The notes beneath the pieces are model-generated. The model did no database searches, had not been told where the DNA came from, and saw only the letters and a list, made by a program, of their open reading frames with translations. The position numbers were made by a program, and so were the translations under genes. A stretch of 64,000 nucleotides of DNA from Patescibacteria group bacterium (GTDB lineage: Bacteria > Patescibacteriota > UBA1384 > JACPKC01). This document shows positions 27,486 through 38,676 of the stretch, piece after piece. How positions within the stretch are numbered: the stretch's first letter is position 1; each line of letters begins with the position of its first letter. The DNA is taken from NCBI GenBank assembly GCA_050944875.1, contig JBMNRW010000001.1:12526-76525 (forward strand), in the 5' to 3' direction.

Positions 27486-28798
27486 TCCTCGGCGAGTTCG
27501 GCGAGGCGCTTTTCGATGACGGATTCGACGTCGTCGAAGTCGACCGTTTCCTGGGTGCCGTCCTTCATATTGCGGACGATGATCGTGCCGTCGATCGCCT
27601 CACGCTCGCCGACGATGAGGGCGAATTTCGCCTCCATCTTGTCAGCGCTCTTCAATTGCGCCTTCAAGGATTCCTTCCCGAGCGCCATCGAGGCGGCATG
27701 GCCCTTCTTCGCGAGCGAGACGAGGAGCGGGATCGCCTTCTTCTTCGCCCGGTCGCCGAGCTGGATGATGAGGATCTCGGTCGAGAGCTCGCGTGGGACC
27801 GGAATCCCCTTGTTGCGCATCTTCTCGACGATCCGCTCGATGCCCATGCCGAAGCCGAACGCCGGCGTCGAGCGACCGCCGAGCAGTTCGACGAGCTGGT
27901 CGTACCGGCCACCGGCAGCGAGGACTGCCTGGCGGTTCTCGTCGTTGCGCTCCCGGATCTCGAAGACCGTATGCGTGTAGTAGTCGAGGCCGCGGACGAG
28001 GTACGGGTTCAGGTCGTACGGCACGCCGGCTTCGTCGAGGTACTCGAGGACCGCCATAAAGTGGGTCCGCGACGCGTCGTCGAGGAAGTCGACGATCTGC
28101 GGCGCGTTCTCGCGGAACTTCAGATCTTCTGGTGCCTTGGAGTCGAGAATCCGGAGCGGGTTCGTCTCGAGCCGGCGACGGCTGTCCTCGCTGAGCTCGG
28201 GCGCGAGCGGCGTGTAGTAGTCGACGAGCGCCTGCTGCATCTTCTTCCGGCTCGTCGCATCGCCGATCGAATTGAGTTCGATGACCGCGTCCTTGTCGAG
28301 ACCGAGGTCTTGGAGGATCTGCCAGAGCGCGAGAATCGTCATCGCGTCTGTGAGCGGCGTGTCGTCGCCCAAGACTTCAGCGGAGAGCTGCGTGTGCTGG
28401 CGGTAGCGGCCTTTCTGGGGGCGGTCGTAGCGGAAATTCTGCGAGAACGTGTAGAGCTTCACCGGCTGCGGCCAGGTGTGCATGCCGTGTTCGATGTACG
28501 CGCGGACGATGCCCGCCGTCGCCTCAGGTCGAAGGACGAGTCCACTATCCCCTGCCTCGAGCTCGGTCGCCCGCGTCCCGGTCCGGGTCACGCCGAAGAG
28601 CTCTTTCTCGACGACGTCCGACGTCGGGCCGGCGCCGCGGAGGTAGAGCTCCTTCGATTCGATAATGGGGGTATCGATGCGGCCGAAGCCGAAGCTCTGG
28701 AGCCGCGTGCGCGCGACGTTATGGATGAGAGTCCAGTACTTCTGCTCGTCGGGGAGCACGTCGCGCATCCCACGAGCGATCGAGACGACATCACTCAT
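27482..28798 (-). CDS. hisS: Histidine--tRNA ligase
   Basis: RGMRD, LRPEATA, FRYDRPQKGRYRQ, LVRGLDYY, GGRYD, GIERI. Confidence 0.98.
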   Translation of the reverse strand: MSDVVSIARGMRDVLPDEQKYWTLIHNVARTRLQSFGFGRIDTPIIESKELYLRGAGPTSDVVEKELFGVTRTGTRATELEAGDSGLVLRPEATAGIVRAYIEHGMHTWPQPVKLYTFSQNFRYDRPQKGRYRQHTQLSAEVLGDDTPLTDAMTILALWQILQDLGLDKDAVIELNSIGDATSRKKMQQALVDYYTPLAPELSEDSRRRLETNPLRILDSKAPEDLKFRENAPQIVDFLDDASRTHFMAVLEYLDEAGVPYDLNPYLVRGLDYYTHTVFEIRERNDENRQAVLAAGGRYDQLVELLGGRSTPAFGFGMGIERIVEKMRNKGIPVPRELSTEILIIQLGDRAKKKAIPLLVSLAKKGHAASMALGKESLKAQLKSADKMEAKFALIVGEREAIDGTIIVRNMKDGTQETVDFDDVESVIEKRLAELAEE

Positions 28799-28858
28799 GC
28801 GAACTCCTTTGTGTCGGCGGTATCGTACCAGGTTTGTGCTCCTGGAACAAACCTGTCA

Positions 28859-30367
28859 CTACTTCAGGTGGTAGTACGCCTTGATGTGGGACCGGGCTTT
28901 CTGGGTGGCGACGAACGTGAGCCAGTCGCGCTTCGGCCCCTGCGGGTTTTTCGCCGTCATGATCTCGACGATGTCGCCGTTCCTTAGCTCGGTGTCCAAG
29001 GGGACAATTCTCCCGTCAATCTTCGCGCCCGTGCAGGCGTTGCCGACGTCTGAGTGGATGGCGTAGGCGAAGTCGACCGGCGTCGAGCGGGCGGCGAGCT
29101 TCACGACATCGCCTTGGGGTGTGAAGACGAAGATCTGGTCGGAGAAGAAGTCGACGTGGAGGATGCGCTTCAATTCGTTCGGGTCTTTGAGTGACTCCTG
29201 CCACTTGTTGAGCTCGGCCAGCCACTCGAGCTTCGATCGCGAGTCGCGCTCGGCGACCTGCTTCGCGTGCTTCCCTTCCGAGTAGTGCCAGTGCGCTGCG
29301 ATACCGCGCTCAGCGAGGTCGTGCATCTCCGGCGTCCGGATCTGCACCTCGACGATCTCGCCGTCGGGGCCGAAGATTGTCGTGTGGAGCGAGCGGTAGC
29401 CGTTCGGCTTCGGCGTTGCGATGTAGTCTTTGATCCGGCCGATGAGCGGGTTCCAGCGACTGTGGAGCAAGCCGAGCGTCTGGTAGCAGTCTGCGACCGT
29501 CGGCACGATGATGCGCACTGCGACGAGGTCGTAGATCTTCGAGAGGTCGCCGTCGTAGCGGTTGAGCTTGCGCCAGAGACTGTACAGGTGCTTCGCGCGC
29601 CCGTGGATGCTGACGGACTTAATGTGTTCGGCTTTGAGGAAAGCAGCGAGGAGTTTCTGGAAGCGGACGACGTACGCCTCGCGCTCGGCGATGCGGCTCC
29701 CGACCTTCTCCTGGAGTTCCTTGTACTCGCGCGGGTGGACGTACGGGAAGGCGAGGTCTTCGAGCTGTCCTTTGATCGAGCCCATCCCGAGACGGTTTGC
29801 GAGCGGCGCGTAGATCTCGAGCGTCTCCTGGGCGATCCGTGCTCGCTTGTCTGGGCGGACGGCGTCAAGCGTCTGCATGTTGTGCAGCCGGTCGGCGAGC
29901 TTAATGAAGATGACACGGATGTCGCTCGTCATTGCCAGCAGCATCTTCCGGAGGGATTCTACTTGGCGCTCAAAGTTTTGGGCGGCTTCGGCGCGGCGGC
30001 GGAAGAAGCTTGGTAGGAATGAGAACGAGGGCTTCAGCCGGATGCGCTTGAGCTTGGTGACGCCAGCGACGAGCGCTGCCACTTCCTTGCCGAACTCGCG
30101 CTCGAGGCTTGCGAACGAGGTCTTCGTGTCTTCGAGGACGTCGTGAAGGAGGCTCGCGGCGATCGTGGGGGCGTCGAGCGAAAACTCGGCGAGCTGGCGG
30201 GCAACGGCGAGCGGGTGTTCGATGTAGGGTTCGCCCGACTCCCGAGTAATGCCAGCGTGGGCGGCAGCGGCGCGTTCGTACGCCCGGTCGACGAGCGCGA
30301 GCTCCGCGTCACCCATGTACGTGGCGAGTCGAGTGCGGAGCGCGCTGTACGTCGGGCTAGGCGTCAT
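28859..30367 (-). CDS. relA: RelA/SpoT (p)ppGpp synthetase/hydrolase (HD+SYNTH+TGS, no ACT)
   Basis: SGEPYIEHP, LHDVLED, KLADRLHN, GRAKHLYS, KDYIATPKPNGYRSLHT, EVQIRT, TPVDFAY. Confidence 0.94.
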   Translation of the reverse strand: MTPSPTYSALRTRLATYMGDAELALVDRAYERAAAAHAGITRESGEPYIEHPLAVARQLAEFSLDAPTIAASLLHDVLEDTKTSFASLEREFGKEVAALVAGVTKLKRIRLKPSFSFLPSFFRRRAEAAQNFERQVESLRKMLLAMTSDIRVIFIKLADRLHNMQTLDAVRPDKRARIAQETLEIYAPLANRLGMGSIKGQLEDLAFPYVHPREYKELQEKVGSRIAEREAYVVRFQKLLAAFLKAEHIKSVSIHGRAKHLYSLWRKLNRYDGDLSKIYDLVAVRIIVPTVADCYQTLGLLHSRWNPLIGRIKDYIATPKPNGYRSLHTTIFGPDGEIVEVQIRTPEMHDLAERGIAAHWHYSEGKHAKQVAERDSRSKLEWLAELNKWQESLKDPNELKRILHVDFFSDQIFVFTPQGDVVKLAARSTPVDFAYAIHSDVGNACTGAKIDGRIVPLDTELRNGDIVEIMTAKNPQGPKRDWLTFVATQKARSHIKAYYHLK

Positions 30368-32891
30368 TCGTCCGTTTCGTTCTTGGTGTCCTGACGACCA
30401 GTGTACCGCGTTGCGCCTCGAGACAGAAGGTGTGCCGCTTCGGTGACTGCAAGATCGCATCGCCGACGACGGAGCCAACTTCGTGCTCGACGAGCTTCCG
30501 GATGGCACGGGCATCCTTCATGCTCACAAGCTTCGCTTCGAGGTGGGCGCGAGCGGCGGCGCTCACGGTGAGCGTCGTGCCGTCCGCTATAAGGCGGGTG
30601 CGGAACTTGTCGAGCTCGAGCGTGAGAATAGCGCTCAGTGATTCAGGACTCAGTGGCGCGTAGGTAATGACCTCGTCGAGGCGACCGAGGAGCTCGGGCC
30701 GGAACTGCGCCCGGATCTTTTCGAGGAGCTGCGCGTCCCAGGCAGCCTGCGCGCGCGAGGCGTGCGAGAAGCCGAGGCTGCCGGCCCGCTGCCAGAGCTC
30801 ACTCCCGACGTTGGAGGTGAGGAGGACGAGCGTGTGCTCGAAGTGGATCCGCCGACCCTTCCCGTCAGTCAAGACGCCGTCTTCGAGGATCTGCAGGAGG
30901 ACGTTGAATACGTCCGGGTGGGCTTTCTCGATCTCGTCGAAGAGGAGCACCTGGTGCGGCCGACGGCGGACTGCCTCGAGGAGCTTCGAGCTGTCGTCGT
31001 GGCCGACGTAGCCGGGAGGCGCGCCGATAAGGCGGGAGACCTGGTGGCGCTCCATGAACTCGCTCATGTCGAGTTTAAGGAGTGCGTCCGCTGAGCCGAA
31101 GACTTCTTCAGCCAGGACACGGGCGGTTTCCGTCTTGCCGACGCCGGTTGGCCCAACGAGGAGGAAGCTCCCGAGTGGCCGGGTCCGGTGGCCGACGCCG
31201 CTCTTCGCGCGACGGATGGCGCGTGCGAGGCTTACGAGCGCGCGGTCCTGACCAATGATCTTGGCGCGCAGTGTCGCTTCAAGGCTCAAGAGGCGTTCCC
31301 GTTCGTCTTTCTTCAGCTGTGCGACCGGCACATTCGTCCAGCGACTCATGACCGCGTGGAGGTACGCCGGCGTCAGGGGTACGGCTTTGCGCTTTGTCGG
31401 CACCGATGATTGCTCGCGGCGCTGCTTGAGTTCCAGTTTGAGTGCGTTCTCCTTATCGCGGAGGAACGCTGCTCGCTCGAGGTGCGCGGCGCGGAGCTCG
31501 TACTCTTTCTGCTTCGTGAGCACCTTGAGCTCACGCTCGAGCTCGGCGAGTTCGTCTCGGTTTGTCCGCTGGCTGGCAGGTAGGGTTGCGCGGAGGGCTG
31601 CGGCGGCTTCGTCGATGAGGTCGATCGCCTTGTCCGGGAACCGGCGGTCGTGTAAGTGACGGTCGGCGAGACGCACCGCCTCGTCGAGGATTTCGTCCGG
31701 CAGCTTGACGCCGTGGAACGTCTCGTACTGCGGCCGGATGCCGGCGAGAATCGCCCGTGTTTCGGCGAGCGTTGGTTCGCTGACGATGATTGGCTGGAGT
31801 CGGCGTTCGAGCGCGGCGTCCCGCTCGACGTACTTCTGGTACTCGGTCGTCGTCGTTGCGCCGATGAGGCGGAGGCTCCCCTTTGCGAGCATCGGTTTCA
31901 CGATGTTCGCCGCGTCGAGCGTCCCTTCGGCCCCGCCGGCGCCGATGAGCGTATGGATCTCGTCAACGAAGAGAATCGTCCGTTCCTCGCCCTTGAGCTC
32001 GGTGATGAGTCGGCGGATCCGGTCTTCGAACTGGCCGCGGTACATCGTGCCGGCGACGAGCGCCGAGAGTTCGAGTGAGAGGATACGTGATCCTTGGAGG
32101 TAGTGCGGGACGTCGCCAGCGATCACACGGGCAGCTAGCCCCTCGATGATCGCGGTCTTCCCGACACCGGGTTCGCCGACGAGGACGGGGTTGTTCTTTG
32201 TCTTTCGGCCCAGGATGTGTACGAGGCGTTCGAGCTCAACGGATCGTCCGACGAGCGGGTCAAGCGCCCCCTCTTCGGCGAGCTGCGTGAGGTCGGTCGT
32301 GAATTCGTCGAGGACCGGCGTGCCGCTCTCCTCGTCGTGTTCGTGCTCCTCCGGTTCGGTCCGCTGCTCGCGTGGATCCCCGAACCCGTGCTCGGCCGCG
32401 CCGACCACGCCGAGGATTTCGATCTCGTGGCCGGCGAGTCCGGGTCGGCCTCCGTGCTCGGCGAAGTGTCGCTCGAGCGTCTTTCGGACGTTCCCCGGCT
32501 CGACGCCGAGCTGCTCGATAAGCCGGTAGGCTGTGCACTGCTCGACGACGGTCATCGCCCAGAGCAGGTGCTCAGTATCGATTGTGGGTGAACCCAGTCG
32601 AGCTGCTTGGAACGCAGCCCTTTCGAGGACGGTTTTCGCCTCGGCCGCCATCGTGGTGGATCGCTTCTTCTTCCCGCCCTCAAGCCTGAGGACGAGCCGG
32701 AGCTGGTCGAGTGTCACGGGAATTTTGCGCAGCAACGAGTAGGCCGGTGAGTCCGGCGTAACGGTGAGCGCGAGCAGCATGTGCTCGCTGCCGAGGCCTT
32801 CTTGCATGGCCTCGGCGTAGCGCTGTGATGCCAAGAGGACAGTCCGGGCGTGTGCGCCGAACCGGCCAAAGCTCTCCGGGAGTTCTGCCAT
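30357..32891 (-). CDS. clpC: ATP-dependent Clp protease ATP-binding subunit
   Basis: Clp N domains, [34 protein letters not shown]; start at MAELP with GGAG RBS. Confidence 0.93.
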   Translation of the reverse strand: MAELPESFGRFGAHARTVLLASQRYAEAMQEGLGSEHMLLALTVTPDSPAYSLLRKIPVTLDQLRLVLRLEGGKKKRSTTMAAEAKTVLERAAFQAARLGSPTIDTEHLLWAMTVVEQCTAYRLIEQLGVEPGNVRKTLERHFAEHGGRPGLAGHEIEILGVVGAAEHGFGDPREQRTEPEEHEHDEESGTPVLDEFTTDLTQLAEEGALDPLVGRSVELERLVHILGRKTKNNPVLVGEPGVGKTAIIEGLAARVIAGDVPHYLQGSRILSLELSALVAGTMYRGQFEDRIRRLITELKGEERTILFVDEIHTLIGAGGAEGTLDAANIVKPMLAKGSLRLIGATTTTEYQKYVERDAALERRLQPIIVSEPTLAETRAILAGIRPQYETFHGVKLPDEILDEAVRLADRHLHDRRFPDKAIDLIDEAAAALRATLPASQRTNRDELAELERELKVLTKQKEYELRAAHLERAAFLRDKENALKLELKQRREQSSVPTKRKAVPLTPAYLHAVMSRWTNVPVAQLKKDERERLLSLEATLRAKIIGQDRALVSLARAIRRAKSGVGHRTRPLGSFLLVGPTGVGKTETARVLAEEVFGSADALLKLDMSEFMERHQVSRLIGAPPGYVGHDDSSKLLEAVRRRPHQVLLFDEIEKAHPDVFNVLLQILEDGVLTDGKGRRIHFEHTLVLLTSNVGSELWQRAGSLGFSHASRAQAAWDAQLLEKIRAQFRPELLGRLDEVITYAPLSPESLSAILTLELDKFRTRLIADGTTLTVSAAARAHLEAKLVSMKDARAIRKLVEHEVGSVVGDAILQSPKRHTFCLEAQRGTLVVRTPRTKRTNDA

Positions 32892-32916
32892 GGGTGGGAC
32901 TCCTCCCCCCTTCTTC

Positions 32917-34146
32917 TTACTCGTCAGCCGAGGTCTCGTCTGTCTCTGCGTTCGCGTTGGTTGCTTCGTCTGTCGCTGTCTCGTCCGACGTCGTTTCTGG
33001 CGTTGCCGCTTCGTCGTTAGTCTCTGCGCTGTCCTCGATGTCGTCGGATGCAGCGTTATCGGTATCGACATCATCAGCGAGCTCTTCGTCGTCCGCTTGG
33101 AACCCTTCCTTCATGATGTCGAGGCTCCAGCCAGTCAATTTGCTCGCCAGCCGGACGTTCTGCCCGCTTCGGCCGATTGCCAACGACACCTGGTCCTGCG
33201 GCACGAAGATCCGCGCCGAGCGCGTCTCCTCGCTGAGCTCAATGGCATCGACTTTCGCCGGTGAGAGCGCGTTCGCGATGAACTGCTTCGGGTCGGCGTC
33301 CCAGAGGATGATATCGATCTTCTCGTCGCCGAGCTCGGTCAGTACTGCCTGGACGCGAATACCGCGCTGGCCAACGCACGAGCCGACCGGGTCGAGGCCT
33401 TCCTGGTGCGCAGCGACTGCCATCTTCGTCCGTGAGCCGGCTTCGCGCTGGATTGCCTCAATGGTGACCGTACCGCTCTGGAGCTCAGGCACTTCCTGCG
33501 TGAAGAGGCCCCGGATGAGATCCGGATGCGACCGCGAGACGAGGACCTTGGGGCCGCGGTTCGTTTCCTCGACGCCCTTCACGTACACCTTGAGCCGCTG
33601 GCCGATGTAGTACCGCTCTTGGTGGACCTGGTCGGGAACGAACATGACTGCGTTTAAGCGGCCGATGTTCACGATCACGTCGCGGCCCTCGATCTGCTGG
33701 ACGGTACCGCCGACGATCTGTCCCTCTTTGTCTTTGAACTCGTCGTAGAGCATGTTGCGCTCGGCTTCGGCGATCCGCTGGATGATTACCTGCTTTGCGG
33801 TCTGCGCAGCAATGCGCCCGAAGTCGGCGTGGTGCGGGAGTGCGATAACGACTTCGCCGCCGACGGCTGCGGACTCGTCGAGCTTCTTCGCCTCACTGAG
33901 CTCGAGCTGGCGTTCAGCCTCCTCGATCTCAGCTCCGTCTTCGAGGACCTCGTATACCTGAAACATCTCGGTCTTCGTGACGTCGCTTCGGTTGAGCTTG
34001 GCGCGGATCACCTGGCCGGACTTGCCGTAGTCTTTGCGGTACGCGGCAGCGAGCGCCGATTCAACGGTCTCGATGACGGTATCGACGGGTAGTCCTCGCT
34101 CCTCAGCTAGCTCTTCGAGTGCGGTCATGAATGGCGACTCTGCCAT
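32917..34146 (-). CDS. nusA: Transcription factor NusA with acidic tail
   Basis: FGRIAAQTAKQVI, REAGSRTK, GSCVGQRG, AIGRSGQNVRLA. Confidence 0.97.
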   Translation of the reverse strand: MAESPFMTALEELAEERGLPVDTVIETVESALAAAYRKDYGKSGQVIRAKLNRSDVTKTEMFQVYEVLEDGAEIEEAERQLELSEAKKLDESAAVGGEVVIALPHHADFGRIAAQTAKQVIIQRIAEAERNMLYDEFKDKEGQIVGGTVQQIEGRDVIVNIGRLNAVMFVPDQVHQERYYIGQRLKVYVKGVEETNRGPKVLVSRSHPDLIRGLFTQEVPELQSGTVTIEAIQREAGSRTKMAVAAHQEGLDPVGSCVGQRGIRVQAVLTELGDEKIDIILWDADPKQFIANALSPAKVDAIELSEETRSARIFVPQDQVSLAIGRSGQNVRLASKLTGWSLDIMKEGFQADDEELADDVDTDNAASDDIEDSAETNDEAATPETTSDETATDEATNANAETDETSADE

Positions 34147-34274
34147 AGGTCCTCGCTTTCTTATGTGCAGTATACGATTGGCTCCACGGAGTGTGAAGCG
34201 CGTCGTAGTAGAAAAAGAGCAGCCAACCATCGGTTGCTGCTACTCCTCTATCCTACTCCGAGTTTTGGAGCGCG

Positions 34275-35141
34275 TCAACGGGTTCGCTGCTTCGAGAGAA
34301 AAACGAGGAACGGGAATTGCACTGTCGCTGTGAGGATTCGCGACCAGCGCCAGGGCTGCGTCACTACGCGCCACAGCCACTCTAGGCCAATGGCGCGAAG
34401 CGCGTTGGGTGCGCGTCGGGCAGTGCCGACGTAGAAGTCGAATGCACCACCGACGCCAATCATGACTGGCACGCCGAGGACAGCTTTGTGCGCGTGGATG
34501 AAGAGCTCTTGCCTGGGTGCCCCGAACGCGACGGCGAGGATGTCGGGCTCGGCCGCGCGAATCCGGTCGACAAGCGCGGATTCGTACTCGCCGAGCGGTC
34601 CCTGGCGGTGTTCAGGCTTCGGTACCCCTTCCTCGGCGCCGGCGATATGGAGGCCAGGGAAGTGGTCCGTAAGTGCGTTCGCCGCTGCTTCGGCAATGCC
34701 AGGATCACCGCCAACCAGGTACAGTCGCCAGCCGTTCGCTGCTGCCTCGGCGGCCGTGGCGAGGAGGAGGTCGGTCCCGGTGACAGTGGCAGGAACCGGC
34801 GCATAGGCAGCTGGTTGGCGAAAGAGCGTGAGCGCTCCGACAGCAAGTCCCTGCGCGAACGTGACAACGAATCGCATCGGCTGCCAGCTCGGCGCTGGCC
34901 AGGAGAGGAATGTCGCGGCCGCTCGAACACCGGTGCCGTCGGCCACGCTCAGCTCAGCTTCTTTGAGGACGTGTCGGAAGCGGGTGTTCGTCTGCGCCGC
35001 GACGAGGAACTCTGGGTTGACCGTCGTGATCTGGCTCGGAAGACGACTCGCGACGAACCGACGGACGGCCAAGATCGCCTCCTCGCTCGTCACGCAGTCG
35101 ACTGGGACACCGAGTACCGAGATCCGTTGGCGCGGGGTCAT
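34275..35141 (-). CDS. WecB/TagA/CpsF-family glycosyltransferase
   Basis: TVNPE, ADGTG, GAPRQE, GVGGAFD, GLEWLWR...QPWR. Confidence 0.93.
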   Translation of the reverse strand: MTPRQRISVLGVPVDCVTSEEAILAVRRFVASRLPSQITTVNPEFLVAAQTNTRFRHVLKEAELSVADGTGVRAAATFLSWPAPSWQPMRFVVTFAQGLAVGALTLFRQPAAYAPVPATVTGTDLLLATAAEAAANGWRLYLVGGDPGIAEAAANALTDHFPGLHIAGAEEGVPKPEHRQGPLGEYESALVDRIRAAEPDILAVAFGAPRQELFIHAHKAVLGVPVMIGVGGAFDFYVGTARRAPNALRAIGLEWLWRVVTQPWRWSRILTATVQFPFLVFLSKQRTR

Positions 35142-35728
35142 TGCAACGGCGCAATCTCCACGTCGGTCATCGTGTCACCAATACGGATCTGGTCGACAAC
35201 GTCCATACCGGCAGTGACTTCGCCGAAGATCGTGTAGTTCGGCGGGAGCGGATTATCCTGGAGCATGATGAAGAACTGACTGCCGTTGGTGTTGGGGCCG
35301 CTGTTTGCCATCGCGACAATGCCGCGGTTGTACGGGCGCTTCACTGGCTCGTCGGCGAAGCGGTACCCAGGTCCGCCGGTGCCGTTGCCACGAGGGTCGC
35401 CACCTTGAATCACAAAGCCGGGCTCCACGCGGTGGAACGTCAGACCGTCGTAGAATCCGTCCTCGGCGAGAAAGACGAAGTTGCTTACGGTGAGCGGTGC
35501 TTCGTCGGCGAAGAGCGCAATGCGGATCTCGCCTTTCGATGTCCGGATGACCGCCTGCTTGTTCTCAACCCGGTCAGCTGGCAGGGTGTCTGGTGCTGCG
35601 TCGTACGTCTTCATGGTCGTGCTCCTCTCGCTTGGTTGTGTTGACTGGGTTGGCTTCGTGGGCGTGCTCGCGCACCCGGTCAGGAGGATTCCAAGAGTGA
35701 GGGCGAGGACGAGGTGGCGGCTAGGCAT
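35138..35728 (-). CDS. Cyclophilin-type peptidyl-prolyl isomerase, lipoprotein
   Basis: Lipobox LTGC; FHRVEPGFVIQGGDP, AMAN, NGSQFFI. Confidence 0.95.
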   Translation of the reverse strand: MPSRHLVLALTLGILLTGCASTPTKPTQSTQPSERSTTMKTYDAAPDTLPADRVENKQAVIRTSKGEIRIALFADEAPLTVSNFVFLAEDGFYDGLTFHRVEPGFVIQGGDPRGNGTGGPGYRFADEPVKRPYNRGIVAMANSGPNTNGSQFFIMLQDNPLPPNYTIFGEVTAGMDVVDQIRIGDTMTDVEIAPLQ

Positions 35729-36128
35729 TGCGTTCAGCTGCGACAACGGTCGCCAACTGCTCCGTGAGGTCGGGGTAGGAGTCGAACCGGATCACGCGCT
35801 CAGCCAGTACCTCAATGGTCGGCGAAAGCTCGGCGTCTTCGTTCGCGATCGCGTAGACAGGCTTCCCGAGGGCGGCTGCGTACCCCGCCTCAACGCCGAG
35901 CCCCATCCCCTTTTCAGTTACGTCAAGAATGACGACGTCAGCGTGCTCGATCGCGTCGAACATGAAGGCGAGCCGTTCATCGGGGTCCCGCTCGTCGCGG
36001 CCGAAGTCGTCGAAATCCCTGTTCGTGCAGGTGACGCTGAATCCTGCTCGGCTCGCGGCATTGCAGAGCGATGCGACAACTTCCTCATTGTCTTCGCCTT
36101 CGTACTTCGTGGAGAGATACGCGTTCAT
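35721..36128 (-). CDS. Nucleoside 2-deoxyribosyltransferase-family protein
   Basis: AIEHADVVI...GLGVEAGYAAALGKPV. Confidence 0.8.
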   Translation of the reverse strand: MNAYLSTKYEGEDNEEVVASLCNAASRAGFSVTCTNRDFDDFGRDERDPDERLAFMFDAIEHADVVILDVTEKGMGLGVEAGYAAALGKPVYAIANEDAELSPTIEVLAERVIRFDSYPDLTEQLATVVAAERNA

Positions 36129-36161
36129 AGTTGGTAGCCTAGTGCGTTTTTCGACGCGTGG

Positions 36162-36605
36162 CTAGTCTTCGTCAATTGCTAAGAGGAGTGTCACTGGCCC
36201 ATCGTTCGTCGACCGGACGATCATGTGCGCACCAAACTGTCCCGTTTGCACGCGCACACCGCGTGCGATGAGTTCATGTTGGACCGCGCGGTAGATGGGT
36301 TCGGCATGCTCGGGCGACGCGGCCCGCGAGAAGCTCGGCCGTGTTCCGTCCAGGGTGGCGTGGAGCGTGAATTGGGAGACGACAAGGATCTCGCCTACGG
36401 TGTCCACGACAGATCGGCTCATCTTCCCCGCCTCGTCGGCGAAGAGTCGGAGCGTCGAGAGTTTCTTCGCGCAGGCCGCTGCGGTTGCAGGCGTGTCGGT
36501 CGGAGCGACGGAGAGGTAGACCAGGAGACCGCCACCGATCGCGCCAACTTCCGCTCCCCCAACCTGCACAGTGGCGCTGGTGACTCGCTGGATGACGGCG
36601 CGCAC
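36162..36605 (-). CDS. dtd: D-aminoacyl-tRNA deacylase
   Basis: RAVIQRV, SQFTL, RPSF, FGAHM, NDGPVT. Confidence 0.96.
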   Translation of the reverse strand: MRAVIQRVTSATVQVGGAEVGAIGGGLLVYLSVAPTDTPATAAACAKKLSTLRLFADEAGKMSRSVVDTVGEILVVSQFTLHATLDGTRPSFSRAASPEHAEPIYRAVQHELIARGVRVQTGQFGAHMIVRSTNDGPVTLLLAIDED

Positions 36606-36607
36606 AG

Positions 36608-37195
36608 CTACTCCTTAGGTTGTAGTCGGCGGTAGATCGCCCGGGTAAGTTCGACGTCGCGTCGGCAGTACTCGTAGATCTCCTCGTACTTGCCGGCTTG
36701 GTAGTAGTCGTAGACCATCGCGCCGTTCATCGACTGCTTCGACGATGGCAGATCGAAAATTTTCGCAAGCTGGTCGAGCCCTGTATGTCCGTCGCCCTGG
36801 TCCCACTCGCGTTTCGTGTCAAAGATTCGGCCGGCCGCAGCGGTGAGCGGGCGCAGATTAGTCGTCATCTGGATATCGTGCACGGTCGTCCGTTTAATAA
36901 TGAAGGGAAGGTCGAACCCGATGATGTGGTGGCCGATGACGCGCTCGGCCTGAGCCGCAACGCGCCAGAACTCACGAAGAATGTCTGCTTCGTTGCCAGT
37001 CAGGACCTTAGCGGGCTGGTCGTCCTGCGCAATGCCGATACAGAAGATTCGTCCCCAGTTGCCTGACAACGAGGTGCCGCGGTGGAAATCGCTAAAGGAG
37101 TTAGCTCGTCCGGGACGACGAGCAAAGAGCTCCCTGAGCGCTGGTTCTGCTTCTGGTGGTGCGGGGAGCGTTTCAATGTCGAAGACAAGGTTCAC
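36608..37195 (-). CDS. DEDDy 3'-5' exonuclease (PolB-exo-like, stand-alone)
   Basis: FDIET, GFDLPF, YCRRDV. Confidence 0.88.
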   Translation of the reverse strand: MNLVFDIETLPAPPEAEPALRELFARRPGRANSFSDFHRGTSLSGNWGRIFCIGIAQDDQPAKVLTGNEADILREFWRVAAQAERVIGHHIIGFDLPFIIKRTTVHDIQMTTNLRPLTAAAGRIFDTKREWDQGDGHTGLDQLAKIFDLPSSKQSMNGAMVYDYYQAGKYEEIYEYCRRDVELTRAIYRRLQPKE

Positions 37196-37425
37196 TGGGT
37201 TTCCTCTTGCTCAGCTGGCTGCTCGTCGGCAAACGAAGCGGTGAGCACGTCGAAGCGGTGATCGAACTCGGTCAGTCGGCGTTTCGCTTCGGCGATGCGC
37301 TCGCCTGCCTGCTCGAAGAGCCGGAGGCTCTCTTCCAGACTTACCTGCTCGCTCTCGAGTGACGTGGCGATCGCATCGATTTCAGCCATCAACGTATCGA
37401 ATGAAGGTTGTGTGTGTTCGCTCAT
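37192..37425 (-). CDS. xseB: Exodeoxyribonuclease VII small subunit
   Basis: SFD...LE...SLEESLRLFE; adjacent to xseA. Confidence 0.9.
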   Translation of the reverse strand: MSEHTQPSFDTLMAEIDAIATSLESEQVSLEESLRLFEQAGERIAEAKRRLTEFDHRFDVLTASFADEQPAEQEETQ

Positions 37426-38676
37426 TTAGATCACCTCTGCTTCTCTGCTACCGTCATGGAATTTCGTTTCGATCCGTTGACCCGACTGGAGGGCGTCAAC
37501 GCTTGTCAGTATCCTACCGGAGGCCTTGTCGACGGTAAACGTGTAGCCTCGGCGAAGGATTGCAGAGGGGTTGAGTGTGCGCAGGAGCGCGGTTTGGCGG
37601 TCAAGTCGCTGCGCAGCGTTTCGTAGTCGGTCATGGACTCGGCTTGCGGTGAGTTCTTTTGTCCGCGCCAGTATCTCGTGATAGCGTTGCCGCCGATACG
37701 CGTGTGCAGCCCGCAGCTGCGTGACGCGACCGGTTGCTCGTTCGACAGCGGCGTGCGCGCGCTGGCGTTGGAGCGCGTAGAGGTGAACTACCCGATCGAT
37801 CTGCTTACGGGCTCGACCGAGGCGTTGCTCGAGCAGGTGTACCTGCTTGGTCTGCAACGCGGTGAGCTCAGCCAGAATGGTTCGCCAATCTGGTACTGCG
37901 CGCTGCGCCGCGTTGCTCGGCGTTGCGGCACGCACGTCGGCCACGAGCTCGGCAATCGTCACATCTTGCTCGTGACCAATGGCCGCGATGACCGGCGTCC
38001 GACTCGCGAAGACAGCCCGAGCTACGCGCTCGTCATTGAATGCCTGCAGGTCCTCTGCGGCGCCCCCGCCACGCGTCAGGAGAATAACGTCGACCGGGTG
38101 TTGTTCGTTGAAGTACCGGAGTGCGCCGATGATCTGCCGTGGTGCGGAAATGCCTTGGACAGTCACCGGTGCCAACGTGAGGGAAAACCCACCCCACCGC
38201 TCCCCAAGTACCTTTCGGACATCGCCGAGCGCGGCTCCGTCTTTCGAGGTGATGAGCCCGATTCGGGCGGGGTACGCGGGCAGCTGCTGCTTATGCTCGT
38301 CGTCAAACAAGCCTTCCGCTTTCAGTTTGGCGAGGAGGAGCTGATAGGCCCGCTGGAGCGCGCCGGCACCGATCGGTTCAACTGCCTCGACCGTAAACGA
38401 GTACTTCCCGTACGGTACGTAGATCCGTGGCGACCCGAGCACCCTCACGTGCATGCCCTCCTCGACAGGAACACCGAGCCGCTGGACGACGCCGAAGCAG
38501 TTCAGCGTGCTCGATTCGTCCCGGAGCGTAAACGTGAGCCACTTCCCCTGTCGGACGCTCACGCCAGCTACCTCACCCGTGACCAGGACGTCGCCGATGT
38601 GCTCGCCGAGGGTAGCGTTGACGAGCTCGTTGAACCCTGCGACGGAGTAGGCTGTGGGCTCAACGAGTTGTGGCAT
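37426..38676 (-). CDS. xseA: Exodeoxyribonuclease VII large subunit
   Basis: FTLRD, RIGLITS..GAA, RGGG..EDL, IGHEQD, TPSNAA, ILRRGY. Confidence 0.96.
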   Translation of the reverse strand: MPQLVEPTAYSVAGFNELVNATLGEHIGDVLVTGEVAGVSVRQGKWLTFTLRDESSTLNCFGVVQRLGVPVEEGMHVRVLGSPRIYVPYGKYSFTVEAVEPIGAGALQRAYQLLLAKLKAEGLFDDEHKQQLPAYPARIGLITSKDGAALGDVRKVLGERWGGFSLTLAPVTVQGISAPRQIIGALRYFNEQHPVDVILLTRGGGAAEDLQAFNDERVARAVFASRTPVIAAIGHEQDVTIAELVADVRAATPSNAAQRAVPDWRTILAELTALQTKQVHLLEQRLGRARKQIDRVVHLYALQRQRAHAAVERATGRVTQLRAAHAYRRQRYHEILARTKELTASRVHDRLRNAAQRLDRQTALLRTLNPSAILRRGYTFTVDKASGRILTSVDALQSGQRIETKFHDGSREAEVI